From: Verrucomicrobiota bacterium
GTDB lineage: Bacteria > Verrucomicrobiota > Verrucomicrobiia > Limisphaerales > UBA11358
Assembly (NCBI GenBank): GCA_049522015.1
Contig: JBEKOG010000018.1
Span: 17,864-81,863 of the forward strand
Direction: 5' to 3'
Length of the DNA: 64,000 nucleotides
Shown here: positions 6,573 to 16,249 of the stretch, piece by piece
Position numbering within the stretch: position 1 is the first letter of the stretch
How the letters are laid out: each line of letters opens with the position of its first letter
Program-made: the position numbers and the translations under genes
Notes under the pieces: model-generated
Seen by the model: only the letters and a program-made list of their open reading frames with translations
Told to the model about the DNA's origin: nothing
Databases searched by the model: none

Positions 6573-9308
6573 ATGGAGAAAAAAGAAATTCACGGTTCAA
6601 GCGACAAGTGGGCGGAGTCGCTACAGTCCGTCTTTGATCTGGCACTGGAAAACCAGGGGCCGGAACGCACGGCGCAATTGCTGAATAAACTTGCTGACCG
6701 CTTGCGCGCCTCGCAGGACGGGTTGCCGCGCGGCTTCAACACGCCCTACGTCAACACGATTCCGCCGGAGCAACAGCCGCCGTTCCCCGGTGACTGGCAG
6801 ATGGAGCGCCGGATCAAGAGCTACATCCGTTGGAACGCCATGGCGATGGTGGTCAAGGCCAACTCCACCACCAACGTCGGCGGCCACATCTCGACCTACG
6901 CCTCGGCGGCAACGCTTTACGAGGTTGGGTTCAATCACTTTTTCCGCGGACGCACGGAGAATTTTCCCGGCGACATGGTTTATTTTCAGGGTCACGCCGC
7001 GCCGGGCATTTATGCGCGTGCGTTTCTCGAAGGCCGTTTGGATGAAAAACATCTGCAGAATTTCCGGCAGGAACTCGCCGACGGCGGCGGGTTGTCGTCG
7101 TATCCGCATCCGTATCTGATGCCGGAGTTCTGGCAGTTCCCGACGGTCTCCATGGGACTTGGTCCGCTTTTGTCCATTTACCAGGCGCGATTTAATCGCT
7201 ATCTCCAGGCGCGCGGTCTGGCCAAATGGACGGAGGAACCAAAGGTCTGGTGTTTCGTCGGCGATGGCGAATCGGACGAGCCGGAAACGCTCGGTTCGCT
7301 CACACTCGCGTCGCGCGAGAACCTCGACAACCTCGTCTGGGTTGTGAATTGCAATTTGCAGCGCCTCGACGGTCCGGTGCGTGGCAACGGGAAGATCATC
7401 CAGGAACTCGAAGCCGCGTTTTTGGGCGCCGGCTGGAATGTCATCAAGGTAATCTGGGGCAGTGATTGGGACGATTTGCTCGCGCGCGACAAATCCGGCC
7501 TGCTCGTCAAGCGCATGGAAGAGGCGGTGGACGGCGATTACCAGAAGTATTCCGTCGAGCCGGGCAGCTACACGCGCCGGCATTTCTTCGGCAAATATCC
7601 CGAATTGCTCGAACTGGTGAATCACCTTTCCGATGACCAGATTCGCAAGCTGCAGCGCGGCGGTCACGACACGCGCAAAGTCCATGCCGCCTACCAGGCC
7701 GCGATGGAGCACAAAGGCCGGCCAACGGTGATCCTCGCCAAGACGGTGAAAGGTTACGGTCTCGGCGAAGCCGGTGAAGGCCGCAACATTTCGCATCAGC
7801 AGAAAAAGATGAACGAGAAGGAGCTTCGCGAATTCCGCGCGCGGTTCAACGTCCCCATCAGCGACGACGTCATTGCGGAAACGCCGTTTTATCGTCCACC
7901 GGCGGACAGCCCGGAGGCAAAATATTTGCTCGAACGACGCAAGGCGCTCGGCGGCTTTTTGCCCGCGCGCAAGGTCAATTCCGGTTTGCCGACACTCGAC
8001 GTGCCCAAGCCTGATTACTTCGCCGAGTTTTTCAAAGGCTCGAGCACGGGAGTTTCGACGACGATGGCTTTTGTGCGGCTGATCAGCGTTTTGCTGCGGC
8101 ACAAGGGTTTGAGCCGAAACATCGTGCCCATCATTCCCGACGAGGCACGCACGTTCGGCCTCGACGCGCTGTTCAAGGACATCGGCATTTACTCGTCCAA
8201 AGGTCAGGTTTACGAGCCGGTGGACAGCAGTTCATTGCTTTACTATAACGAAAAGAAAGATGGACAGATTCTCGAAGAAGGCATCACCGAGGCTGGTTCA
8301 ATGGCGTCGTTCATTGCGGCGGGCACTTCTTACGCGACCCATGGCGTGCCGATGGCGCCGTTTTATATTTACTACTCGATGTTCGGCCCGCAACGCGTGG
8401 GCGACTTGTTCTGGCTGGCTGGCGACATACGGGCAAAAGGTTTTCTGCTTGGCGCAACGTCCGGTCGCACCACGCTCAACGGCGAAGGACTCCAGCATCA
8501 GGACGGCCACAGCCTGCTCCATGCCGGCACCGTGCCGACGTTGCTGGCCTACGATCCGGCGTTCGCGTATGAAATCGCCGTCATTGTTGCCGATGGCCTG
8601 CGCCGGATGTATGCCGAGGGCGAGGACATTTTCTATTACCTCACGCTCTACAACGAAAATTATCCCATGCCGCCGATGCCGGCGGGCGTCGAAGACGGCA
8701 TCTTGAAGGGGTTGTATAAATTCAAGCCCGGTGCGGAAATTTCCCAACCTGGGAGCGCCGGCGTCTCGCCGGCACACACGAAACTCGCCGGCGTCTCGCC
8801 GGCGCTCCCGGGGCTTAAGGCCCACATTTTTGGCAGCGGGTCAATCATCAACTCGGCGCTCAAGGCGCAGGAAATCCTGGCCGAACGCTACGGTGTATCT
8901 GCGGATGTCTGGAGCGCGACGAGCTACAAACTGCTTCGTACTGACGCGCTGCGGTGCAAACGCTGGAACATGTTGCATCCGACGCAGCCACCGAAGAAAT
9001 CCTACGTCGAGACGTTGCTGGCGAAAGAGCAGGGGGTGTTTGTCGCGGTTTCGGATTACATGCGGCTGGTGCCCGACCAGATTGCGCCGTGGGTGCCGGG
9101 CGGTTTGATGACGCTGGGTACGGACGGTTTTGGCCGCAGCGACACGCGGGCACGATTGCGGCGCTTCTTCGAAGTGGACGCCGAATCCACCGTCATCGCC
9201 ACGCTCTTTGCGCTGGCCGAAAAGGGCCTGGTGGAACGGGAAGTCGTGGCCAGGGCGATCAAAGAATTGGGCGTGAACTTGGGAAAGGTGCATCCACAGA
9301 TTGTTTGA
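6573..9308 (+). CDS. aceE: pyruvate dehydrogenase E1 component, homodimeric type
   Basis: Inside ORF 6498..9308 (TTG-extended); ATG at 6573 gives MEKKEIHGSSDKW.... Collinear with E. coli AceE as I remember it (YIRWNAMAMVVKAN, GGHISTYASAATLYEVGFNHFFRG, VYFQGHAAPGIYARAFLEGRL, LGTDGFGRSD). Confidence 0.9.
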   Translation: MEKKEIHGSSDKWAESLQSVFDLALENQGPERTAQLLNKLADRLRASQDGLPRGFNTPYVNTIPPEQQPPFPGDWQMERRIKSYIRWNAMAMVVKANSTTNVGGHISTYASAATLYEVGFNHFFRGRTENFPGDMVYFQGHAAPGIYARAFLEGRLDEKHLQNFRQELADGGGLSSYPHPYLMPEFWQFPTVSMGLGPLLSIYQARFNRYLQARGLAKWTEEPKVWCFVGDGESDEPETLGSLTLASRENLDNLVWVVNCNLQRLDGPVRGNGKIIQELEAAFLGAGWNVIKVIWGSDWDDLLARDKSGLLVKRMEEAVDGDYQKYSVEPGSYTRRHFFGKYPELLELVNHLSDDQIRKLQRGGHDTRKVHAAYQAAMEHKGRPTVILAKTVKGYGLGEAGEGRNISHQQKKMNEKELREFRARFNVPISDDVIAETPFYRPPADSPEAKYLLERRKALGGFLPARKVNSGLPTLDVPKPDYFAEFFKGSSTGVSTTMAFVRLISVLLRHKGLSRNIVPIIPDEARTFGLDALFKDIGIYSSKGQVYEPVDSSSLLYYNEKKDGQILEEGITEAGSMASFIAAGTSYATHGVPMAPFYIYYSMFGPQRVGDLFWLAGDIRAKGFLLGATSGRTTLNGEGLQHQDGHSLLHAGTVPTLLAYDPAFAYEIAVIVADGLRRMYAEGEDIFYYLTLYNENYPMPPMPAGVEDGILKGLYKFKPGAEISQPGSAGVSPAHTKLAGVSPALPGLKAHIFGSGSIINSALKAQEILAERYGVSADVWSATSYKLLRTDALRCKRWNMLHPTQPPKKSYVETLLAKEQGVFVAVSDYMRLVPDQIAPWVPGGLMTLGTDGFGRSDTRARLRRFFEVDAESTVIATLFALAEKGLVEREVVARAIKELGVNLGKVHPQIV
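8751..8809. repeat. GC-rich double-hairpin palindromic element in-frame inside aceE
   Basis: GGGAGCGCCGGCG (8751-8763) is the reverse complement of CGCCGGCGCTCCC (8797-8809). Two copies of the local palindrome GCCGGCG-TCT-CGCCGGC lie at 8757-8773 and 8787-8803. Encodes ...QPGSAGVSPAHTKLAGVSPALPG.... Confidence 0.75.
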
Positions 9309-9384
9309 GCCAAAGGGGCACATCTCTACATTCATGACAGGAACGAATCGCGCCTTGAACGCCGTCCGCACCGGCCAAAGACAA

Positions 9385-9411
9385 AAACAGCTTTTAAGAT
9401 AAAGGCTGTTT
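9385..9411 (+). terminator. AT-rich hairpin downstream of aceE (weak terminator candidate)
   Basis: AAACAGCTTTT-aagat-AAAGGCTGTTT, about 10/11 pairing, 77 nt after the aceE stop. No clear U-tract. Confidence 0.3.
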
Positions 9412-9612
9412 GAAGGAGACGCTTTTTCGCTATTAACCGCTCACGTTAATGGGCAACCCCCTTAAGGAACCGGCCCGTTTACGCGTTAGATGATATTATC
9501 AATTGTTTTCAATTAATAGACGATTATGCTGTAACCAGAAATGCGGAGTATGCATTCTAAACTGGCAACCAAAATCAGTGGTAACATTAACCCTTTTCCC
9601 AGAGGAGGCGGT

Positions 9613-11259
9613 ATGGTTTTTTCAAATCTATTTAAGCGTTGTTCTAAGACTGGAAAGATACGCGGCATCAACATGAGCGCGTGGCCAAAATGGGCCCTGC
9701 TTTTTGCCGGATTAGCCGCATGCGTATGGTATCTGTTCCGTGTAATTCCAAAGCCGTCACGCGCGGCGTATCCCTGCCTGCGCGCGGCAGCGCCTCTACG
9801 GATTGGCTTTCTGGCGTATTGTGCCGCTCTTGCGGGATATGCATTCTCATTCGCCAAGGCCAAGTCGCTTTTAAGGGCCAAACGGCATTCTTGGGCCGGC
9901 CTCTTTTTTGTGGTGTTCGTTTTTATCGGGAGCGATGCGCGCGTATCTTTTGCAGCGTCCGGCACGCCCAAGGGGATTTTCCCCGGCCGCGTCGCATGGG
10001 TGTATAACACCGATGCGGCATTATGGACTGGCGCAGGAAACTACTGGGCCGCGGCCGTCAATCCACAGGCGGAATATGACAAGTCCTTTACCGCGGGGAT
10101 CGCGGCGCTTTCCGGCGGGACGAACGACGCCGATTCCTGGGACAAAATATTCCGCTGGTTCAACAATGCCCACGGTCGCGCAGGCGCGGGATATCAGGCC
10201 GGCGACATGATCGCCATCAAGATCAACCAGAACAACTCTGCTGCTCCGGCCGCAGACCATGGCAATGCCATGAACGCCAACCCCCAGACCTGCGTCGCCG
10301 TGGTCACAAGCCTGGTGAACGCGGGCGTTCCCCAGGCAGACATCTGGATCGGCGACCCGAGCCGCGCCGTCACGGACAATATTTTTAACGCGCTCACCAA
10401 CGCGTTCCCCAATGTAAATGTAGTTGACTATTTCGGCAACAACGGCCGCGTCACCACCGGCGTCACGAACGGCGTTTTCCCCAACAGCGACGTCAAGAAT
10501 GCGGAAGCGGCGTGTTTTTACAATGCACGATACATTATTTGCCAGCCCCTGCTCAAAGGCCATACCGGCCAGGTCATCACGTTCGGGTCAAAGAATTTTT
10601 ACGGGATTAACGGCATCCTGCCCGACTGGACAAAAAACGTCGGGCATCCCGGCGACAGCGCTCTTACCGCATATATGACAAACGCGAATTTCGGGGGCAA
10701 GGCCGTTTTGTGGTGCATGGACGCGATGTATCCGAGCCCGGCGCTGGACGGCGCCCCGTACAACGGCGTGGCCCTGACGCCCTTTAACGGCAAGCAGATG
10801 TCTAGCTTCATCATGTCGCTCGACGGCGTCGCCGAGGAATGCGTTTCGTACGACTTCTGGAGCACGATTTCCGGTCAGACCGGCGGGACAAACTACTTCA
10901 GTTACGCGGCCAATGCCGGTGCAGGCGTTGCCGACCATTGGAACAATTCCACGGCAAAGCAATACGCGAAAAACCTGAATCCGAATGCCAACGGCATCGA
11001 ACTGGTGTTGGTGCGCCCCGACCTTAATAGTTCGGGCACGCTCTCAGCGCCGGCACTGGCCATCGGCCTCAGCGGGACAAACGTCGTGATTTCCTGGCCT
11101 GCCTTGGCGAACTGGTCGCTGGAGACAGCGCCGGCGTTGGGATTGTCCAGCGGCTGGAACGCGATAACGACTGCTCCCGTGGTCCTGAATTTGGAATGCA
11201 TCGTCACGAATGCGGTCGGCGCGGCGGCGCAATTCTACCGCCTCGAACAGCAACCCTGA
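9613..11259 (+). CDS. DUF362-like protein with a C-terminal beta-sandwich-like domain
   Basis: Inside ORF 9541..11259. ATG at 9613 is preceded by AGAGGAGG (RBS-like); ATG 9673 is an alternative. Body (GRVAWVYNTDAALW...GDMIAIKINQNN...TCVAVVTSLVNAGVPQADIWIGD) resembles DUF362 proteins. The tail ...AAQFYRLEQQP resembles C-terminal domains common in PVC secreted proteins. Confidence 0.6.
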   Translation: MVFSNLFKRCSKTGKIRGINMSAWPKWALLFAGLAACVWYLFRVIPKPSRAAYPCLRAAAPLRIGFLAYCAALAGYAFSFAKAKSLLRAKRHSWAGLFFVVFVFIGSDARVSFAASGTPKGIFPGRVAWVYNTDAALWTGAGNYWAAAVNPQAEYDKSFTAGIAALSGGTNDADSWDKIFRWFNNAHGRAGAGYQAGDMIAIKINQNNSAAPAADHGNAMNANPQTCVAVVTSLVNAGVPQADIWIGDPSRAVTDNIFNALTNAFPNVNVVDYFGNNGRVTTGVTNGVFPNSDVKNAEAACFYNARYIICQPLLKGHTGQVITFGSKNFYGINGILPDWTKNVGHPGDSALTAYMTNANFGGKAVLWCMDAMYPSPALDGAPYNGVALTPFNGKQMSSFIMSLDGVAEECVSYDFWSTISGQTGGTNYFSYAANAGAGVADHWNNSTAKQYAKNLNPNANGIELVLVRPDLNSSGTLSAPALAIGLSGTNVVISWPALANWSLETAPALGLSSGWNAITTAPVVLNLECIVTNAVGAAAQFYRLEQQP

Positions 11260-11399
11260 GATTTGCCTTCGCGCACAATCAAATTGTTTTTTAATCCAGC
11301 GGGCTTTCGGACAAATCCTGGCGAATTCCGGTGGAATGTGCGTAATCTGGTTTGGAAACAAGGGCAACCGACTTCACCACCTAAAAGAGTAGGCTTGTG

Positions 11400-11600
11400 T
11401 CAATACTTAGGAGCGTCCACTAGCCAATAATATGCTTCTGTTTTGTCTAACACCATACACTGTGCGTGTGCAAAAATCGTGAACATTTTGTTACGAGGAT
11501 AGGTAAAAGAAAATTTGCCATCGGAGTTGGAAATCATTTTTTGGACGACGACTGGCAAAAAGTCCGCCAAGTAATCCGCAACTGTTGGGGAATTATCCAA
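11400..11600 (-). CDS. small ORF overlapping the 3' end of the lipoprotein gene in another frame (possible displaced C-terminus)
   Basis: TTG-initiated 66 aa, LDNSPTVADYLADFLPVVVQKMISNSDGKFSFTYPRNKMFTIFAHA.... The composition is protein-like, unlike the tail of the 11534 frame (RITWRTFCQSSSKK). Confidence 0.3.
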   Translation of the reverse strand: MDNSPTVADYLADFLPVVVQKMISNSDGKFSFTYPRNKMFTIFAHAQCMVLDKTEAYYWLVDAPKY

Positions 11601-11923
11601 GTTTTGTTCGCCGTAAACCAGTCAAAATTAGCTTGGGCTTTGTCTGCGTTTCCTAAAGCGGTAGCGACTTCTTGCTCTGCATTTGTGAGTTCTTGTCGCT
11701 TTGACGCCATTTCCAAATCAATAGCGGGTTGCTTCTTTTGCAAAAAGTCAGTCACTTGTGATTTTTCAACCAACAGAATTTCAACGTCCCCAAGCTTGAA
11801 ATTTTCCGCGCCTTTAGTGACGATGAACACTTGACCCGACACCGTGGTTGCTTTGGGTTTGCACCCCGCCAGTCCGAGTATTCCGACGGTTGCGGCAAGC
11901 GCGATGATAATTTTCATTTTCAT
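11534..11923 (-). CDS. hypothetical lipoprotein (possibly the 5' part of a frameshifted gene)
   Basis: Inside ORF 11534..12175; ATG at 11923 gives MKMKIIIALAATVGILGLAGCKPK (signal peptide plus lipobox). Followed by SGQVFIVTKGAENFKLGDVEILLV. The upstream part of the listed ORF runs through a REP-like element and is not coding. Confidence 0.5.
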   Translation of the reverse strand: MKMKIIIALAATVGILGLAGCKPKATTVSGQVFIVTKGAENFKLGDVEILLVEKSQVTDFLQKKQPAIDLEMASKRQELTNAEQEVATALGNADKAQANFDWFTANKTWIIPQQLRITWRTFCQSSSKK

Positions 11924-12094
11924 GGTTTCACTTTCAAGCAGATGAAATTCAAACGCCATTCGCTCAAATCGTCCATCCCAAAATGAATTCAGGAAAAGAG
12001 TTCCCCTTCGTTCCGCCTGTTTCCATTGCGGCATTCGGATTGCGGATTGTAGAATGGGGACTGCGCTCGTCCTGGCATCGGAAGAAAAACCGGA

Positions 12095-12190
12095 TGGTCT
12101 TGGACTGCGGCAGCCCTCTGCCGCTTTGGGGATATGATGCGCCAACGAAAGCGCCGGAGGGCCGGCGCACTCCAAGACGCTATCGCGCCA
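12095..12190. repeat. REP-like intergenic element with two GC-rich hairpins
   Basis: Hairpins GCGGCAG-ccct-CTGCCGC (12107-12124) and GCGCCGG-aggg-CCGGCGC (12151-12168). Surrounding text (...ctttgg...cactccaagacgctatcgcg) matches a dispersed repeat class I recall from PVC/Acidobacteria intergenic regions. From memory, unverified. Confidence 0.45.
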
Positions 12191-12318
12191 TTTCCCGCCA
12201 ACCCATTCCCTTCTGCCCTGGTATGTTTTCCGTAGCAGCCAGCGTGAACCAGTTCAAACTTCTCCGGCTTAAATAATGAGCGGACTCATCCCGCTTTGCG
12301 GGACTGCTTCATACTGTT

Positions 12319-13704
12319 TCACCGAAGGGCGCTCTCCGCAATTCGCCATCCTGTTCCCATTTCAGCCCAATGCCATCCAGCCAGAAAAATGACCGCTGGA
12401 ACCGTATGCAACAGCAACCGATCCATGATCATGGGCATCAGCAAGGTGAGGTCCCACGGTGTCACACTGAACGCCAGCGCATAACTCAGCAGGTGCAATC
12501 CCAGCAAAATCCACAGGGCCAGCACATATGGCCGTGTCAACGCCCGCCATCCCAGCAGCGCCATCACCCCTGCCATGATCCACAACAGACCCCAAACATT
12601 GAATTCTGCTATTTGCACCAGCATTGCCGGGATAATTTCTTTCAATCTTGGCAAATGGGTCACCAAAGCCGATGACAATAATTTCGATCCGTAATCTTCA
12701 TGGGTGCGCGGCAGGCTCCGGCTCCAGATCAACCATGCCGCATCCATTGCCAGCAAACCCATGAAAAAAGCCGCTGCTCCAACCCAGTCGCGCCGCCGAC
12801 CGCTACAAAGCCCAAATCCCAGGATTACCGCGCCATTCATCAGCGCCAATACCGTCCCTTCGTTTTTCGTGAACGCAACGAAGGCGCTGAACAGGATTGC
12901 CAGGATGAGATCCTGCCATTGCTGTCGGTCAATCCATCTGGCCACGTAAAGAATGCTGCCGGCATAAAACATCGCCAGCAGCAGATCCGCGCATCCGACG
13001 CCCGCGTATCGGAACATCACCGGTAGCATGGCCAGTATCGCGCTCAAGCACGCTGCCGGCAGTCGCCGCAGTTTCCATCGCAGCCCCAGGTACACCATCG
13101 GCACAATCAGAACATCCAGAAATGCCGACACCAGTTTCCCGGTCTGGTCATCAACCGTTCCCATCGCGGCATACGCGCCAGACGTCAGAAAAGGCACCAT
13201 CAACGGATAATCCAAATGGCTGTAGCTCAGGGTCGGATCATGGAAATAGGCCGGGGTCAAACGCAGGGCTTCGTAAGTCAACACCTTCGCCTTGAATCCC
13301 CAAATGGCGAATGCGTCCCACTCCACCAATGGCGACGAGAGGGCGCCCGTCGCAATCATCGCCAGCCCGGCCAGCGTTACGACCAACGGCACAACAATCC
13401 AACCGTCGCCTTTCTCCCAATCGGTTGCCAAGATCTTTATCTGTGCCAGCCGGTTCTTTTTTTTCATAACCAGCAAACTGGCCAGCGTCAGGACGCCAAT
13501 GATTGCCAACACCTTCCGCGAGGGGGCGAACCCGATCAATGATGCCCAAAACAGCAGCAAACCCATGGTTCCCGCGCCGACGGCCGGGCCAAGCCCAATC
13601 AATTGAACGATCGTCATCCGGCTTGAGGGATGGATGACCGAAAGCAGAGTGTACCCCACCAGCACAATCAGCAGCAGATACAAGCAACAGGCCAGGAGTG
13701 CCAT
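12319..13704 (-). CDS. polytopic membrane protein (possible GT-C-type glycosyltransferase or related)
   Basis: 461 aa ORF, very hydrophobic with many predicted TM stretches. The start overlaps the stop of the upstream gene (TGATG at 13702-13706). No specific family recognised. Confidence 0.6.
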   Translation of the reverse strand: MALLACCLYLLLIVLVGYTLLSVIHPSSRMTIVQLIGLGPAVGAGTMGLLLFWASLIGFAPSRKVLAIIGVLTLASLLVMKKKNRLAQIKILATDWEKGDGWIVVPLVVTLAGLAMIATGALSSPLVEWDAFAIWGFKAKVLTYEALRLTPAYFHDPTLSYSHLDYPLMVPFLTSGAYAAMGTVDDQTGKLVSAFLDVLIVPMVYLGLRWKLRRLPAACLSAILAMLPVMFRYAGVGCADLLLAMFYAGSILYVARWIDRQQWQDLILAILFSAFVAFTKNEGTVLALMNGAVILGFGLCSGRRRDWVGAAAFFMGLLAMDAAWLIWSRSLPRTHEDYGSKLLSSALVTHLPRLKEIIPAMLVQIAEFNVWGLLWIMAGVMALLGWRALTRPYVLALWILLGLHLLSYALAFSVTPWDLTLLMPMIMDRLLLHTVPAVIFLAGWHWAEMGTGWRIAESALR

Positions 13705-14288
13705 CAGTTGCCTCCTGATTTGTTGGTCGGCATCCCAGCCTGATCATCACGAGGCGGCAGGATCTCCAACCGTAGCGTCTCCCCGCCGGCGTTGTCGTTG
13801 CCAAAGGTAAATACGGAACGGACATCATGCTCATGCAACCATTGCTGGCTGGGACTGAATTCGATCCGCATCATGTCCCGGCCGTTATTGATGACTTGGT
13901 CAGCCGGGGCAACGTAGAGCCGCCTGGGATATAAAGCGTAACTTGTCCGAAAATAAACAAAACTCAGGGAATTTTCGACGACCGGGTTTGTCTTTGCGTA
14001 CCCGGCAAGCTTCAACAGCACGTTGCCATTGCCCGTTTGATCTGCAATCCGGTCAAGTTGCTCATACTGCATCAATGCCGTGCGGCTGGCCGTGGATTGT
14101 GTTGCAAAAGCATAGATCTGGTGCAGTTCCGATTCCGGCCGCAATTGCAACCAGCACAGATGAACCAGCACCAACAGCACGACTCCCCATGCTGCGTACC
14201 GGAAACTTCTGCCATCAGCAGGAATAAGCTGGTTCAAAATCGTCTCAAGTTTGCCGCTGTTCGGTCGGACCTGACCGCTCCGGCTCAT
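13704..14288 (-). CDS. hypothetical membrane-anchored protein
   Basis: Inside ORF 13704..14324 (TTG-extended); ATG at 14288 gives MSRSGQVRPN.... One TM (AAWGVVLLVLVHLCWL). Operonic with the flanking membrane-protein genes. Confidence 0.45.
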   Translation of the reverse strand: MSRSGQVRPNSGKLETILNQLIPADGRSFRYAAWGVVLLVLVHLCWLQLRPESELHQIYAFATQSTASRTALMQYEQLDRIADQTGNGNVLLKLAGYAKTNPVVENSLSFVYFRTSYALYPRRLYVAPADQVINNGRDMMRIEFSPSQQWLHEHDVRSVFTFGNDNAGGETLRLEILPPRDDQAGMPTNKSGGN

Positions 14289-14357
14289 TCCGGGCAAGGC
14301 TATTCCGCTCCAGCGGCGAGTCAATCGGGAAAACTGTGCGGTAGTGTCCCGATATGC

Positions 14358-14410
14358 TGTAGCGTCGAGCCTGTGGCTCGATTGAATCGGCGCACAGCGC
14401 CGACGCTACA
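14358..14410. repeat. long hairpin / REP-like element in an intra-operon gap
   Basis: TGTAGCGTCGAGCCTGTG (14358-14375) pairs with CACAGCGCCGACGCTACA (14393-14410) at 16/18 positions. Confidence 0.65.
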
Positions 14411-14448
14411 ACCCCAATTGAGGCACCATCGACCGTGGCCCGCGCGTT

Positions 14449-16203
14449 TCAGGGACAGGAAACGATTGGGGTGGCATTGGTCGCCAGCCCCACGAGCTGA
14501 CGGACCCTGAGCGGGAGCGGAGCCTGGGTGCGGGGAGTCAAAGCCTTAAGATCGAAAAACAGGATCGAACGGCCAATCAAGTCATTGGGAACGTATTGAT
14601 AGAAGAACCGGTAGAAGTCCTTGTCTTGAAAATCGATGCCTTGGTACTGATAGGCACTGAGGGCGACGAAACGGGATGGCGATTTGCCTTCGCGCAGGGC
14701 TGGTGAAGGTCGCAAGCCGCTGTTGGCCGAGGGAAGATATTCGTAATCGATGCCGTAGTGGGCGGGGTCCGCCGTTCCGAAGTAGCTCAACTGGACGCGG
14801 TCGATGCCGTGCTGAACCATGAAGCATTTCAGTTCCTTCAGGTCCTGACCCCAATCCAAATTTGAGTCGCCCAGCCAATGGTATCCGTTCCGAGGCCCGC
14901 CAATGAATTCATTAAAATACGCAAGATAATCGGGCCAGGTCCGGAGTGTGCCGGCAATGGTCCAGAAGGCCAGGAAACCAACGGCGATTCGCGTGACGAC
15001 GCTCCGCCGCAGGGCCGCTCCATAGTTGCCGAGCCAGATGAACAAAAGGGGATAAACGGGCAGAAGATAGCGGAACCCATTTTGAATGGTGTTGAAAAAG
15101 GAGAGATAAATGAACATCAGGACAAAGGGCATGACCAGGTACAGTTCATTCGGGCGCCATGTCATTCCCAGCTTTCGCCGGGCCAGGACGAGCCCCGCGA
15201 GCAGGATGAGAATGGCGACGGGAATTTTGATGAGGCAAACGACCAGAAAGTAATACCACCAGCCCGTGCTGGAATGCATGCCCATCAGGAAAAACGAATG
15301 CGGCGACCGGGATTGCAGATACTGAAAGACCGCCCCTTGAAAGTACGGCGCGGCCGGCAGGGTGAGCCACCGGCCCGATGGCAGCGCAAAACCCCCAACT
15401 TGGAATCCGTATGCGGCCCAGACCAGGAGGAAACCCATGCCTAGGAGCACCGGCCAGTGGCGCAATTCCTGCCAAAGACTTCCCGGGGAATGCAAGTGGA
15501 TCTGACCGGCCACGGTGCGATACGCGAAGTCGGTGGCGAAAAAGAACGGGACCAGGAGCAGGGCCGTGTATTTGCTCAGCAGCATCAGCCCCAGGGCCAA
15601 GCCGGCGTACAACAAATTGCGGACGCCGGGATTCTTCGCCAGGCTCCACAACCGCCAGGCGGTCAGCACGGCAAAACAGCTCAACGTCAGGTCTGGCGTG
15701 ATCAGCGGCGCATGGGCCAGAAGGTTCGGACAAAAACAAAAAAACACGAGGGATACGAGTCCACCTGCATCCCCATAAAGTTTCTGCGACCAGCAGAAGA
15801 CGATGAGGCCGAGCGCGACGGCGAATGGCAGCAACGTGAACCGGCAGGCATTCAACAACGCGTCATCCGGGCGCAAGGCGATGATTTCCTGGCCCCGGAT
15901 GGTTCCGTCCGGCTCGACCCAGACGTTTTTGGGACAAGACACCGTTAACAACGGCAGGTCGTGCCATACGGTCCAGAAAACCGGATGCAGCAGGCTGTCG
16001 GGAAGGTCCCAACGGTGGGTTTTCACCAGGTAATTTCCAGCGCCCAGATAATGAGTTTCATCATAGGTGGCGGATTTTTGCCAGGCGCTGGTGACACACA
16101 AGGTGACAAAGCTCAGCAACAGGACAAGAACCGACAGGCGAATCCAGTTTTTCCCGGCGGGAGGTGCGGCCGATGTTTGCGGCAATGATGATTGAGTTTC
16201 CAT
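14449..16203 (-). CDS. GT39/ArnT-like membrane glycosyltransferase
   Basis: Inside ORF 14449..16266; ATG at 16203 (METQSSLPQ...) avoids overlap with the upstream gene. The N-terminal ATYDETHYLGAGNYL motif plus about 12 TM segments is typical of PMT/ArnT-type GT-C enzymes. Confidence 0.7.
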   Translation of the reverse strand: METQSSLPQTSAAPPAGKNWIRLSVLVLLLSFVTLCVTSAWQKSATYDETHYLGAGNYLVKTHRWDLPDSLLHPVFWTVWHDLPLLTVSCPKNVWVEPDGTIRGQEIIALRPDDALLNACRFTLLPFAVALGLIVFCWSQKLYGDAGGLVSLVFFCFCPNLLAHAPLITPDLTLSCFAVLTAWRLWSLAKNPGVRNLLYAGLALGLMLLSKYTALLLVPFFFATDFAYRTVAGQIHLHSPGSLWQELRHWPVLLGMGFLLVWAAYGFQVGGFALPSGRWLTLPAAPYFQGAVFQYLQSRSPHSFFLMGMHSSTGWWYYFLVVCLIKIPVAILILLAGLVLARRKLGMTWRPNELYLVMPFVLMFIYLSFFNTIQNGFRYLLPVYPLLFIWLGNYGAALRRSVVTRIAVGFLAFWTIAGTLRTWPDYLAYFNEFIGGPRNGYHWLGDSNLDWGQDLKELKCFMVQHGIDRVQLSYFGTADPAHYGIDYEYLPSANSGLRPSPALREGKSPSRFVALSAYQYQGIDFQDKDFYRFFYQYVPNDLIGRSILFFDLKALTPRTQAPLPLRVRQLVGLATNATPIVSCP

Positions 16204-16249
16204 TTTTCCGCTATTCAGGCTGGAACCTGGCCGCCTGAACCGGCTCATT

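Noticed and set aside
6621-8102. 493-aa ORF antisense to aceE
   Set aside because: It is a shadow ORF in GC-rich DNA. aceE on the plus strand is unambiguous.
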